Shown: positions 30,791-43,476 of the stretch, one piece after another | Position numbering within the stretch: position 1 is the first letter of the stretch | How the letters are laid out: the number at the start of each line of letters is the position of its first letter | DNA from: an uncultured Methanosarcinaceae archaeon | GTDB lineage: Archaea > Halobacteriota > Methanosarcinia > Methanosarcinales > Methanosarcinaceae | Length of the DNA stretch: 64,000 nucleotides | Direction of reading: 5' to 3' | Assembly: GCA_963733675.1 (NCBI GenBank) | Contig: CAVTET010000001.1 | Coordinates: 608,001 to 672,000 of the forward strand | The notes under the pieces: model-generated | What the model was told of the DNA's origin: nothing | Seen by the model: the letters and a program-made list of their open reading frames with translations, nothing else | Database searches by the model: none | Made by a program: the position numbers and the translations under genes

Positions 30791-31655
30791 GGTTCCGTTG
30801 CAAAAAAATCCTTTCTAATGATATAATAAAATAAAAAGAAAACCAAAGGTAGTAATATGCTATCATGCTATCTCATTCCTTTAAATGGAAGCATTATGAA
30901 GGAGAAATTATCTTATTGAATGTAAGATGGTACTTAAAATACCCATTGAGCTATAGAAGTTTAAAGGAAATGATGATAGAAAGAGGAATTCAAGTTGATC
31001 ACAGTACTATAATGAGATGGGTACATCAATATTTTCCTGAAATAGAAACGAAGAATAAGAAGACATTTAAGACCCACAAATGATTCGTAGAGAGTTGATG
31101 AAACCTATATCAAAGTAAATGGTAAATGGAAATATCTTTACCGAGCAGTTGATTCAAATGGAGATACAATTGATTTCATGTTAAGTGCAAAACGAAATAG
31201 AATAGCAGCGAATAGATTCTTTAAGAAAGCTTTGAGTTCTAATCATAATCAAATTCCAAGAGTAATAACAGTTGATAAGAATCCAGCTTATCCACCTGCT
31301 ATAGATAAACTGAAAAATGATAAAATACTACCTAAAAACGTAGGCATTAGACAAATCAAGTATTTGAATAACATTATAGAACAAGATCATAGATCTATAA
31401 AGCGGATAGTTAATCCAATGTTAGGATTTCAGTCTTTTCGATCTGCTAATAAAACCTTAAAAGGAATTGAAGCTATGAATATGGTCAAAAAAGGACAAGT
31501 CAATAATCTCAATTACTCGGTTCGTAATGAAGTCAAATACATTAATCAATTGTTTGGTATGGTTTTATAATGTTAGTACATTTTCCTTGAATATTTTGAT
31601 TTTTATTCATTACTTATAGATTTACATATTTTTTTGAATTTTTTGCAACGGAACC
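30791..31655 (+). mobile_element. IS6-family element, inactive; apparent exact inverted copy of 24107..24971
   Basis: Same IRs, same length (865 bp), identical translated ORFs and identical lesions. Confidence 0.95.
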
Positions 31656-32107
31656 ACATTTTGTGATTTACTTTTCTAATAGCTTTAAGTCTGTGTTTTT
31701 TCAGACGAAGGTTCAAAAACTTTTAAGTTTGTTTTTGGACCATAATTTGAATTGGATGCATGATGACTTTTAGGTAGCCATCCATTTCAAAATCGCGAAA
31801 AAAGCTTAGTATGCAATTTCGAAAGAATAAAAATTGGGATTTTTTGTATATGTGTTGTCACAACAGGGTTATAAGCATTTAACCCCATTTGAAGTAAATG
31901 CGCCAAAGTGTTGTGATTCGTGTTTAATTCTAGGTATAACTCTTAAATAAGTTTATACATATATATGTCCACATATCCCTTATATAGCTAATATATTTAC
32001 TCGGAAGAAATACGGCGATGTTGGCAATCAGCACTTAATAAGCTATAAAAAGTAAATCTGCTTTTGAAATAATCGATTAAGATTCAATGAAGAATTGCAA
32101 TAAATTA

Positions 32108-32178
<71 letters not shown>

Positions 32179-32567
32179 ATTGATATATTTGTGTGAAGTT
32201 CAAGATTCTATACTAACTGCTATTCGTGTTACTTTCACGGGATAGTCTTGGTTTAGTTCTATTTCTTATAAATGTATAACGTTACATCTTGTAATTGCCT
32301 AAGAAAGCAAATGTTTTACTATAGAAAAGTGGATATTAGATATTACCGGATTACTACTTTAATTGCGGTATGAGGAATTGAAATTCAGAAATATTTGACT
32401 GCAAACTGCGAAGTTGCTGCAGTTTGAGTGCTGAGTCTAGCTTTGTACCTGTAACTTGGAGAGCTGCTGACCCCATCGTTTTTCAGATGGCTTGATGCTA
32501 TTATTATCCGACCCATGAAAATGTGGTAAAAGTAAATGTTCCTTGAGTTCTAAGATCACAGAGGACA

Positions 32568-33128
32568 TTGATAATGAGACCTGTTAAAGATGGAATCGAT
32601 TCCATCTCCAAATACCTGCGCTCGAAAAAAGAAATTGGTAGAAGAAAAATAGGACTTTTAGTGGACGGTCCAAATATTCTCAGAAAAGAGTTTGATGTGA
32701 ATCTGGAGGAGATCAGGGATGTTCTTAAAGATTACGGAAATATCAAAATAGGACGTGTTTTCCTCAATCAGTACGCCTCTGAAAAACTTGTTGAAGCCAT
32801 TGAGAATCATGGGCTTGAGCCCATTATCTGTTCCAGCGATGTTGATGTGCGCCTTGCTGTAGAGGGTATGGAGTTGGTCTATAACCCCCATATTGACACA
32901 CTAGCACTCGTGACCAGGGATGCTGACTTCAAACCACTCCTTAACAAAGCAAATGAACATGGTAAGGAAACAATCATTTTCGGTGTTGAACCTGGTTTTT
33001 CCACAGCCCTTAAAAATTCTGCAGATTATGTGATTATTATGAAAAAGAGTAGGATGAGCAGTTATGATGAGTCCGATGGAGAGGGACAAGGTGAAGGAAA
33101 AATTGATACATCGGATTTTAAGGAATAA
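32568..33128 (+). CDS. TIGR00288-type NYN/PIN-domain protein
   Basis: LLVDGPNILRKEF, DVDVRLAVE, TRDADFKP, GFSTALKNSAD. Confidence 0.9.
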   Translation: MIMRPVKDGIDSISKYLRSKKEIGRRKIGLLVDGPNILRKEFDVNLEEIRDVLKDYGNIKIGRVFLNQYASEKLVEAIENHGLEPIICSSDVDVRLAVEGMELVYNPHIDTLALVTRDADFKPLLNKANEHGKETIIFGVEPGFSTALKNSADYVIIMKKSRMSSYDESDGEGQGEGKIDTSDFKE

Positions 33129-34432
33129 AGTGATTATATGTAGGAATCTATTGAAAGATCTGACTCATAATACAATAACATAAATAATACAATAAGTACC
33201 TCATTCTAATTAGTTGAATAATTTTTTTGCAAGAATTGGCATAGTATCGTATTTGTCGACTTCGTAGTAGTAGCTGCACAACTGGTTTAAGTATGTTGCG
33301 GCTTTCTAAGACAGCTATAGGGGTAGATTAAATTCCCTCAACACAACTCAAATAAATTTTGGTTTCCCTCTGTGATAACAACATATATTTTGTGACTGTG
33401 ATTATTTAGTCTTCACGGTAAAAAATAAAACTTATCAAAGTTTCGGTGCCATGAAAATATCTCGCTGTAAGTAACTGGGTATTTTCGTGACATGGCTCTA
33501 AGTATATAGGAATTATTCAACATAAATTATTTTCATTTGCTAATATGGTTTTTTCTGGTTTTACTGAGTACAGCTGACTGTACTACAGTCTAATCATTCA
33601 GGGAAACAATTATTGATAACTGCAAAGACAGATGAATATGGGGACAGTTACAAAGCCAACTTAATTATCTTGTTTTGAAAATAAAAGAGAGAATGAGTTA
33701 TGTACAAGAAACACGAGGATCAGTTAAAAAAGAGATATTGAGGGAATAGTTTACGCAGCAACTTGAAAGATGTTCAAAGCAGAAAAAGTTATTGTTAATA
33801 CTGTTCAAAGAGCGAATCTGAAGATGTTGTGAAAACTTTTTTTATAATCTCTATCAGTTGATGAATTGAAACTAAATAAACTATTTCGAAGATAGTGGAA
33901 GCTATCTTCAAAATCAAAGAATAAGGACCTCGAAAAGAAAAATTGGATAAAATACAAAAATTAGCAAGAAAGACACGACAAGATTCCCGAGAAAAAAGAG
34001 GTCAATCGGAATGCTTTAGAGCTTCTAGAAATTCTTAAATATTTATGACAAATGATCCCCATATCTATTTAAGGCATAAAGTAGCATAAGTGGCTTTATC
34101 TAAATTATATCCTCCTACTATAATAATTAACCTGGATATGCAACTTACTAGTTTCATTATGTCAACTAATGTAAGATCATATGTCCTCAAACTATATGAA
34201 TTAAATTACTGTGTTCCAATAAAGAACGAAGTCAAGTGTATAAAAGTCAAGTTTCTTTTTATGCTGCCCTACTATAAATAATACGACTGTTGATTCTATC
34301 TATATAAGGAGAATATTTAATGCATAGAGATTATTGGGAATAATTTGAAATTAATGAGGATAAAAACATGTGAGATTATTTTGGGGATGGTTGACAATTA
34401 TATAATTAATAAGAATTACAGTCATTACGTAA

Positions 34433-35329
34433 TTGATAGTGATACATTCTCTAATAATATCGAAATTACTGAGAAAAAAACCAAAAGTTTCATTCGTGAT
34501 TCCAACATTTAACAGCGAAAGGAATTTAGATGAGTGTTTAAGTAGTATTTCCAATCAAGATTATCCTGATATGAAAATTATTGTTGTTGATAACGGCTCT
34601 GATGACAAGACAGTAGATATCGCAAAAAAATATACTCAAAATGTATATTTTGATAATGGCAAATTAGGGAGTATTCGGCAAACAGGAATAGATCATGCTA
34701 CTGGCAAGGTAGTCGGTAGTTTTGATAGTGATAATTACTTCCCTCACAATAAATGGTTACTCAACCCAATCAAATACTTTTACTACAACAACGACATTGG
34801 AACTGTTTGGCCAAAGAATATTGCTCCGCCAAATAGACCTCCATTTATGAAAATGTACATGAATTTTAGTAACCTTCTACTTGAAGATCGTATCAAGAGG
34901 AAGAGAGGCATAGTCGGTGGAGGATGTGTATTATTTCTTAAGAAAGCTATTGATGAGGTCGGAGGTGTTGATAGAGATGTTCATTGGGGAGAAGACTTCA
35001 ATTTGGCTAAAAAATTGAAAGACCAAGGTTACAAGTTAGTTTATATTAAGGATCCAATTTATCATGATACTGATATGGGTTTGTCAATGAAGAAATTTGT
35101 GAAAAAACAAATTCTCGGTGCAACATCTTTTACAAAAAATAACTTTCAATCTACAGGGCTATCTATAAAAGAACTATTCCATGAACAAATTGTTATCGGT
35201 ACTATTGGCATGGTCAGAGGTGTTATAAAGGAAAGAAATTTTTCATGGTTGCTGTTCCCATTTTTGTTGTTCACACGACTAATTATATATGCCTTAATAT
35301 TTACTAAAAATTTATTCAAATTTAGGTAA
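34433..35329 (+). CDS. Glycosyltransferase family 2
   Basis: VSFVIPTFNSE, VDNGSDD, FDSD, WGED. Confidence 0.85.
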   Translation: MIVIHSLIISKLLRKKPKVSFVIPTFNSERNLDECLSSISNQDYPDMKIIVVDNGSDDKTVDIAKKYTQNVYFDNGKLGSIRQTGIDHATGKVVGSFDSDNYFPHNKWLLNPIKYFYYNNDIGTVWPKNIAPPNRPPFMKMYMNFSNLLLEDRIKRKRGIVGGGCVLFLKKAIDEVGGVDRDVHWGEDFNLAKKLKDQGYKLVYIKDPIYHDTDMGLSMKKFVKKQILGATSFTKNNFQSTGLSIKELFHEQIVIGTIGMVRGVIKERNFSWLLFPFLLFTRLIIYALIFTKNLFKFR

Positions 35330-36225
35330 CTGCTGTTGAATATTCACAATTAGATATTTTATTGCTTCGGTAGTTTGACTGGTCACAAATACTTGATCCT
35401 TAGGGGGACGTAAACCTCGCAGAATGTTTTATTTTTGTTTGAATCGATAAACATCATTACTTTCTGATCTCAGTTTGCTAGTATACACTAATTTCTAACG
35501 AAATTCATTCCTATTTTAATCTCAAGGTGATTTTACTAAACTTATAAATATTTAATATTTGGTTGTATATCTCAACTTACAGTTTAAGTTTTTGTCATAA
35601 ATTATTTTTTGATATTCTCAAAATTAGCACAGCTATACTTTTTAATTCAATTTTAATTAAGTTTATTGTAGTTGTCAAGTTCAGCAGTCTTTTCTTGATG
35701 AATTTTGTGGACAGATGTTCGATCACATTGAATTCGTAGATTATTAGTGGCATGTAACTAGTCAGCTTACTAAATGTCAATTGGTAAAATATCTATTTTA
35801 GTGCAAAAGATAATTCTGATTCCTACTCATGAAAAATAAAAAGTATGATCAATAGTTAACAGTAAAATAAGATCGGCCTACAGAGATTTGTTCATTAAAT
35901 TTTAGTAAAAATCGCTATTGTTAGTGTATTTGCTAGTTTGAATAGTTACGTGTCATGAATAATTCATCAAAGTTTTGGTGGCAAGTTCCGCTGCAAACAA
36001 TGATACGTTCAAGCTACTTTTCTGGCTATAACGGCATTACTCAAAACCAAATATTTTCATTTGATCATATGACTTTTTTCCCCTGGTTTTCAACATAGTT
36101 TCTAATTATACTGGAAGTTTTACTAAAACCGATAGTTCAAAATAACTTCCCTGACTTCATAGTTCACTACATAATAGTTTTTTTATTTCCTAATATTCTT
36201 TCAAGATTTTTCTTGTTGTGATACT

Positions 36226-36460
36226 TTATAGAATCAGCATCACTATAGAAGGAGAATATTTTGGTTCAGCACCAACGAAAGGACGTACATGATCAACATA
36301 AGTACTAATCACATCAGACTCAAAACAATGTCTTTGACCAACTTCGAAGCATATATAATTCAAATCGTTATTGATGTCATTGTCTTGGAAAAATCTCGAT
36401 TTTATACAAAAAAAAATGTGATATCTCATTTATATACCCAGCAGTTTGCATGCCGCAGTT
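36226..36460 (-). mobile_element. IS200/IS605 tnpA 5' remnant
   Basis: RYHIFFCIK..DHV..FVGAEPKYSPS (degenerate HUH motif); end sequence similar to 61421-61441. Confidence 0.7.
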
Positions 36461-37581
36461 CTATTTTATAATGTAAATCTAGCTTAAAATATGGACAACT
36501 TGGCTAACAATGGATATTCGGAAAGTTTCCATCCTCTGCAGCAGATTGCTGGTTAACAGAATTGAATAAAGGTGCAAGAATATCCCCACAAATGTTATTA
36601 TATTATAATGTTCTTAATGTTTTGATCTAAATTTCGTTTGTTTAACTAGTTGAATACTTTCTCAATATATTTTTTCACGATACGTTTCATCCCTTTCCGA
36701 AAATATTTAACCCTTTTTTAATTTTAGACAGGGAATGTCTTCCATTTATAATCTAACATTTTAGAGTTCAATTACTTACTATAATAGGCTCTTCGAGCTT
36801 GGCCCTTATAAGATTAATCAAGCTCAATATCCCTTTTTTGCCCCTTAATTTTTGAAGTGGGTTCATTTTTACAATTACTTTCTGAATTTTCTTTGCTTTA
36901 TGTGGATTCTTCAGAGAAGTTCTTGCTTTTGTTTCCAACTGCATCTTTTGAAAAGATTCATCCGACATTCTGCAGATGTATATACAATTCGTTTGCCTAT
37001 TTGCTCATTATTATTCATGAAGATTATATGAATTTTTAAGCTATTTTAATATTTGAAAAACAGATGTAATTCTTGTGTACAGCTGCAGGAAGTGGGAAAG
37101 ATGTAGTAAATGTCAAAAACAAGGAGAGTGCAATTTTCATTTATTTGAGCCTGTTATTCGAAGAATTTCGTGTTAGTTTTTAACTTTTTTGATATTCAAG
37201 GAACCTTTTTAGATGTTTGTGATATATGGGTCATTTTACCCCTTCAACATTCTGTTATACAGCGCAAAGAGATGTGCTTTATACTATAATGTTTTAGCTT
37301 ATCATTTTTATACCCTCTTCGCTTAAAAGTTATGGGACTTGTGCACTTGAAGTACAAAACCGAACCCAATAGTGACAATAACCAAATTCGCTTTTTGTGC
37401 AGTATAAGGTTTAAAGGTTATTTATTTCGTAGTTCAACCTCGTAAGAGTGATGTTATCTCATTTGTATCATCTAGAGGTACTAAACACATAAAGATTATT
37501 ATTTTTGTGCCCATAATTAATAATTATGTAGGAAAATAGTACATCTGATAGCCTCAGTTGTGTATGAAACTTGTTAACCCA

Positions 37582-38004
37582 TTAAGATGAATTAGTTTGG
37601 CCTTGTTTACTTGACGTTTGTATTTGGTGATAGTTATTGCGTCCGACTTGGTATCCAGCACTTTTCCCTTGCAAGTATCCGTTATTGAATCCGTCAGTGT
37701 ATCCTAGATCAAAGGTAGAACTGCTCTTTAATACCAAGTTAATTTTCCCACCACTTCCAACTTTATTTTCTAGTCCTTTTTGACAGTTGCTATGTCCATC
37801 TTTCATTCCAGCAGTGTATCCTACGGTGGATCCATCATGGAATCCTCTACTATACCCATCAAGATACATTTTTTTAGAAATTAGTCCAAACTTGCTGATG
37901 TCAGTATTTGCGTTTACTGCAACACATGCAACTGATATTATTAAAATAATTACTAAGAGAAGATTCAGTGCCTTTCCTGCTCTAACAACTGTTTGCTTTT
38001 TCAT
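37582..38004 (-). CDS. Secreted Gly/Tyr-rich (GYxxG) protein, one-domain relative of 11773..12474
   Basis: Signal ..IISVACVAVNA; GYTAGMKDGHSNCQKGL..INL..KS...FDLGYTDGFN. Confidence 0.7.
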   Translation of the reverse strand: MKKQTVVRAGKALNLLLVIILIISVACVAVNANTDISKFGLISKKMYLDGYSRGFHDGSTVGYTAGMKDGHSNCQKGLENKVGSGGKINLVLKSSSTFDLGYTDGFNNGYLQGKSAGYQVGRNNYHQIQTSSKQGQTNSS

Positions 38005-38089
38005 CTATCGGCCCTCAATTTCTGCTCATTTTTATATATTTTTAAATAATTACATTTTTTACTCAATATGTCCTTGTCCTCCAGCTTCT

Positions 38090-38952
38090 GGTTCCGTTGC
38101 AAAAACTTCAATAAAATATGTAAATCTATAAGTGATTAATAAAAATCAAAACATTCAAGGAAAATGTACTAACATTATAAAACTATACCAAATAATTGAT
38201 TAATGTATTTGACTTCATTAAGAACAGAGTAATTTAGATCGATTACTTGTCCTTTTTTGATCATATTTATAGCTTCAATTCCTTTTAAAGTCTTATTAGC
38301 AGATCGAAAAGACTGAAATCCTAACATTGGATTAACGATTCTCTTTATAGATCTGTGATCTTGTTCTATAATGTTATTCAAATACTTGATTTGTCGAATG
38401 CCTACGTTTTTAGGTAGTATTTTATCATTTTTCAGTTTATCTATAGCAGGTGGATAAGCTGGATTCTTATCAACTGTTATTAATCTTGGAATTTGATTAT
38501 GATTAGAACTTAAAGCTTTCTTAAAGAATCTCTTCGCTGCTTTTCTATCTCGTTTTGAACTTAACATGAAATCAATTGTGTCTCCATCTGAGTCAACTGC
38601 TCGGTAAAAATATTTCCATTTACCTTTTATTTTGATATAGGTTTCATCAACTCTCCACGAATCATTTGTTGGTCTTAAATGTCTTCTTATCTTCTTTTCT
38701 ATTTCAGGGGAATATTGATGTACCCATCTCATGATTGTTGTATGGTCGACTTTTACTCCCCTTTCTGCCATCATTTCCTTCAAATTTCTATAACTTAATG
38801 CATATTTTAAGTACCATCTTACATTCAATAAGATAATTTCCCCTTCATAATGCTTCCATTTAAAGGAATGAGATAGCATGATAGCATATTACTACCTTTG
38901 GTTTTCTTTTTATTCTATTGTATCATTAGAAAGGATTTTTTGCAACGGAACC
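38090..38952 (-). mobile_element. IS6-family element with intact 234-aa transposase (38175..38879)
   Basis: Perfect IRs; DDE motifs WRVDETY, TVDKNPAY, NNIIEQDHR. Confidence 0.97.
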
Positions 38953-38999
38953 AAAATTATAGTGTCAAAATGCAGAAATATTATTTTTGCAACGGAACC
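38953..38999. mobile_element. Truncated IS6-MITE end abutting the intact IS6
   Basis: TAGTGTCAAAATGCAGAAATATTATTTTTGCAACGGAACC is nearly the reverse complement of 7529-7568. Confidence 0.8.
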
Positions 39000-39074
39000 C
39001 ATAATAGGTGTGATACCCGCTCTGCATGAATAAACTTATGGAGATGATAACATCGTTATAATCAAATTTGGCCT

Positions 39075-39515
39075 CTATAAAGCTTTTGCGGTTGCAGTAT
39101 CACTAATGATTCCTGATATCGACTGTGGAGTTGTTATACTCGCTGAATTGGTTATAGAACCAGCTTCAAGATCTTCCTGCTTTATTGTGTAGTTTGCCTG
39201 CCCTGTAACAAAAGGTGAAGAATATGTTCCACCAATAACATCAAGCTCTGGAACACCATCGGAGAGAACTACTAGTCCAGTTTTGTTGTCTGTAACATTA
39301 ATATATCCTGAGATAGGTGAAGACCCTATGTTGATCACGGTGTAATCGAATGTGATATTTTGCCCTACAGCACTATAAGTCATTGGAGATGCTGTTTCTA
39401 CTATTAACACATTATATGTTTGTATTGCTGCAGCAGACGTCACGGATAACACAAAAAAGATGGCCAATAGAATAGCGAGTGGCCCCATTAGTTGGTATAA
39501 TTTAAATTTTCCCAT
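39075..39515 (-). CDS. Secreted Ig-like (DUF11/DUF7507-type) domain protein
   Basis: Signal LAILLAIFFVLSVTSAAA; VGQNITFDYTVINIG..VTDN..YTIKQEDLEAGSITNSA. Confidence 0.75.
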   Translation of the reverse strand: MGKFKLYQLMGPLAILLAIFFVLSVTSAAAIQTYNVLIVETASPMTYSAVGQNITFDYTVINIGSSPISGYINVTDNKTGLVVLSDGVPELDVIGGTYSSPFVTGQANYTIKQEDLEAGSITNSASITTPQSISGIISDTATAKAL

Positions 39516-40465
39516 TTATTTACCCCCTTATTTTTTTACAAGTATTTAAATAATAATTCTGAATAAGTTAGACAAGTTTCACTATTAGCCTACAACCCAA
39601 ACTTTTTAAAATTCATGCCAAAATTTATTCCAATAAGTATCATTTTTTAGATTTACACAAAAATACACATTTATAAGCATGTCTATAAGAAAAAATATAT
39701 TTACTAGTACAATATATTTTAAAATATATGAATATAATGGAATTTATTTTCCGTAATATAAACAGCTTATATTATATCTGTAAAGACTTATGAAAATGAT
39801 ACTCACACATCTCTAAGAATACTTAATGACCATATCTAAGCATACAAAAAAAGTAGGTACGATACTATTTTTTATAGTTATTTGGTTCGTATAGTCACAA
39901 TTATATTTGTAGAAGATTTTCAAACCCGAGATATTCTACTTTTTCCGTATCTAAACAAACTTTTGGCACTGAAAAGCATTGATCCTTGAGAACCTTCAAC
40001 TCTACGATTGTGTTGGGATATCCGGATCATAAAATGCAGCTGAGTGACCTTAGCAAACGCATAAGTTTTGCCACGAAAAGCTATGCATGAAAATAAATGG
40101 TAGTTAACTACCCTTTATCTTAGCATAGGGCAATTGACTAATATAATTTGCATAAATTCTAAAAAAAATAAAAAAATCGAAAGTTTTATCTTAAAGGCGA
40201 ATATTAAAAAAATTAAATTAAAATCGAAAGCTAAAGTCACGACGGTGATCTACCATGGTCAGGTTTTTCAATATGATCTAATGTCAGCAAATCCATTTGA
40301 TTTAGATATACTTCATCACAAGTTGTTATTTAATACAGTAGAACAATCTCTTTATTTAACTTTGTAACATCCAATAAATATATTCGTAACTCATCCTCAC
40401 TCGACCAGAATATAATGCTAGTGAAGTTTAATATATGGATCTGAAGTTGAAATTTATTTTGTACT

Positions 40466-40585
40466 TAGGACTTACGTACTTGAAAATACAAAATCAAGTA
40501 CTGTAAATATGAGGTTAAAAATATACATTTAGATAGTTAAAGGCTTAAAATCTATTAATATTTTGATTCAACTTTTTAAGTCCAA
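40466..40585. mobile_element. Degenerate ~120-bp MITE-like element
   Basis: TAGGACTTACG...TAAGTCCAA imperfect IR; a related left end (TAGGACTTACTCATTTGAAGCACAAAAT) occurs near 11715. Confidence 0.45.
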
Positions 40586-40804
40586 GATAATTTAATTAGA
40601 AATTTCCTATGATTAACAATTCTAGAAAAAAATTGACAATATAAATTAAAAAAGCATTCACCTTTTGCCTTAAATTTATACTCACTACTCAGTTAAGGCC
40701 TTTTACGGAGCAAAATTTTATTAGCCGGAGAGAAAAAGTAATTTCAATTAATAGTTTATGTTTTTGATAAATTCGTGAAAACTCGAAATTTATGATTATG
40801 GGAA

Positions 40805-41962
40805 GTGAAACTCATGATATATACATATCTGAACCCAAGAGTAGCACTCATGGGAGCTGGCTGCGTAAAAAGAATCGGCAAACAGGCAACGGAACTTGGA
40901 GGCACAAAAGCTCTGATTGTTTCAGGCAAAAGTAGACATGGAGAAGAACTTGCAGAATATATACGGAAAATCATTGAAAATTCAGGGCTGAAAGTAGCTA
41001 TTTTTGCAGGAGCAGAACCGAACCCCACTGACAATTCGATTATGGAAGGGGCAAAAGTTTACAAAAACGAAAAATGTGATATGATCGTTGCTGTTGGAGG
41101 AGGAAGCCCGATGGACTGTGCAAAGGCAGTTGGCATTGTGGTTAAGAATGGAGGGAAGATTAATGATTATGAAGGCGTTGGGAAAGTTACGAAAGGAATT
41201 CCACCTCTTATTACGGTAAACACAACAGCTGGTACTGGGAGCGAGATGACGAGGGTTACAATTATTACGGACACAAAGAGACATATCAAGATGGCAATCG
41301 TTGACTCTCACATCACGCCTGAAGTAGCAGTTAACGATCCAGAGCTAATGGTAAGTATGCCGCCTGAACTCACGGCTGCAACCGGGATGGATGCCCTTAC
41401 TCATGCAGTTGAAGCTTATGTTTCCACCATGGCTACCCCGACTACTGATGCTGCTGCTATCAAGGCAATCGAGCTTATTTCAAAATACCTGCGAAAAGCC
41501 ATTGCTAATGGAGAGGACGTCAGAACAAGGGACATGATGGCACACGCTGAATATCTAGCGGGCATTGCTTTCAATAATGCAAGCCTTGGCTATGTACATT
41601 CGATGGCTCATCAACTCGGTGGATTTTATGACCTTCCGCACGGAATCTGTAATGCAATACTTATGCCCTATGTGGAGATGTACAACAAGCAAGTCTGTTT
41701 AGAGCGTTTTGCAGATATCGCAAAGTCAATGGGAGAAAATATTGACGGCTTAAGTCCAGAAGAAGCTGCAGATAAAGCCATCGATGCCATCAAAAAACTT
41801 GTAGCTGAGATTGGAATTCCCTCTGGCTTAAAAGAACTCGGAGCTAGGGAAGAAGACTTTGAGCTCTTGGCTGAAAATGCCATGAAGGATCACTGTCGCC
41901 TAACAAATCCCAGATGTTTCTCAAAAGAAGATATTATCGATATTTACAGGAAAGCCATGTAA
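40805..41962 (+). CDS. Iron-containing (group III) alcohol dehydrogenase
   Basis: GGGSPMDCAKA, NTTAGTGSE, DALTHAVE, GYVHSMAH, HGICNA. Confidence 0.95.
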   Translation: MKLMIYTYLNPRVALMGAGCVKRIGKQATELGGTKALIVSGKSRHGEELAEYIRKIIENSGLKVAIFAGAEPNPTDNSIMEGAKVYKNEKCDMIVAVGGGSPMDCAKAVGIVVKNGGKINDYEGVGKVTKGIPPLITVNTTAGTGSEMTRVTIITDTKRHIKMAIVDSHITPEVAVNDPELMVSMPPELTAATGMDALTHAVEAYVSTMATPTTDAAAIKAIELISKYLRKAIANGEDVRTRDMMAHAEYLAGIAFNNASLGYVHSMAHQLGGFYDLPHGICNAILMPYVEMYNKQVCLERFADIAKSMGENIDGLSPEEAADKAIDAIKKLVAEIGIPSGLKELGAREEDFELLAENAMKDHCRLTNPRCFSKEDIIDIYRKAM

Positions 41963-42315
41963 CACGGAATTTAATGGTTAATTTCACTTAAGATATTATA
42001 ACCACGGAAAGCACATAAATCCCTTTGCTCTTGAGTCCCTTCTTTCGCGTTTTCCGTACTTTAAGAGGTAATCTCTTAATGTGACATCAGTCAAGTAATT
42101 TTGGACTTAATAATTCAGTACTTGTTATCGTTTTCGATAGTTTCAGCAGAAATTCACAACAATTAACGGGGAAATATCGTGAATTTTAAACGGTTCATGA
42201 GAAAGGTTCTATCCCAGAGCGCACATTTACATAAAAATGTGCATCAAAAAAGTAGAGTGGCAAATTAATTACAAAGTTTGCTGTAGTTAGACAAACAAAT
42301 GAATTATAGTCCTAA

Positions 42316-42768
42316 TTAATCGACAACTGCACATGCAAAATGCCCATGCTCATAATGTCCATACTTTCGTCCTTGTAAGTAACGCCCTTCGATGTCTGTT
42401 GGACTCAGGTCCTCATATAGCTGGAATCCTAAACTTGCAAGGTCATCGGCCAAGTTTGAAGGATTGAAGCCTCTACTTTTTATTGGTTCACCTACTTGTC
42501 TCAAATACTCTAATAGCTCTCGCATTTGTGGAAGCATCTTTTCAGGAATAAATGCAGCGGTATCTATATAATCGAAAACTAAAGTGCTGCCAGCAGGAGC
42601 AAGGTCAGAGATGAAACGCAGTGTCGCCAATACATCTTTTTGGGGCAAGTACGGGATGACACCGAACCAACTGAAGAAACCTTTAATTTTTGGGTCATAA
42701 GATACTGAGCGAGTGAGTGCTGTTACTAAATTTTCCTTTGTGAAAGGAAGAATAAAATGAGACATCAC
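42316..42768 (-). pseudogene. SAM-dependent methyltransferase (TIGR00027/LCM-like), C-terminal fragment
   Basis: FSWFGVIPYL..VLATLRFI..GSTLVFDY..GEP; the N-terminal half is absent. Confidence 0.7.
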
Positions 42769-42949
42769 TAGATTCTGGAATTGTGTCTCCTAATAGAGTT
42801 TGTTCCTAAATCGAGTAATTTCTCATATTGAGTTAATAACTAAATTTTTGAACAGAGTCGATTGAGATGCGCAAATATTTAAGAATACTTAGATTAAATT
42901 TAGGATAACAATTGAAGTTTGTATTTATGTTAACATTGGGGTAAAATAA

Positions 42950-43306
42950 ATGGCTAGAGTCTTAACTGGTGCATTTATAGGTGCAGCTTGTACGGTTATT
43001 TTTTATTTCATCCCAGCTGTAAATGCTATAGCTCCTCTGCTAGGTGGTCTTTTAGCTGGCTACTATGCAGAAGGAGATTTTGATGGAGGCCTTAAAACTG
43101 GAGTTCTAATGACTATATTCATGGTCATTCCTGGGATCTTTTTAGGAGGAATGCTTGGATCAATGTTCATAGGTGCTCCAGTTATTGGAACTTTTGTAGC
43201 CGCCTCTACGTTTATATTAACACTGATTATCGTAGCCCATACCGCTGTGATAGGTATCATCGGTTCAGTATTTGGAGCTATTCTTGGAGAAAAAAAGATA
43301 ATCTGA
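42950..43306 (+). CDS. Small Gly-rich membrane protein (DUF5518-like)
   Basis: APLLGGLLAGY..GGLKTG; several TM helices. Confidence 0.7.
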   Translation: MARVLTGAFIGAACTVIFYFIPAVNAIAPLLGGLLAGYYAEGDFDGGLKTGVLMTIFMVIPGIFLGGMLGSMFIGAPVIGTFVAASTFILTLIIVAHTAVIGIIGSVFGAILGEKKII

Positions 43307-43476
43307 CATTGGATCTGATTCTTAAATTTTAAAACTGAAAATCTAGAAAACACTTAAAAAATTTGATTAAATGCGATAGACTCAATTCCAAAATGAACAT
43401 GAAATTCTTCGAATTCTCCACCTGACTTTAGTGTGCCAAAAGTTCTGTAAAACATGATCTTATGTATCCTTTTCTT

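Noticed and set aside
33560-34030. Purine-rich stretch that looks like a decayed transposase
   Set aside because: No open frame or family-diagnostic motif could be read reliably by eye.
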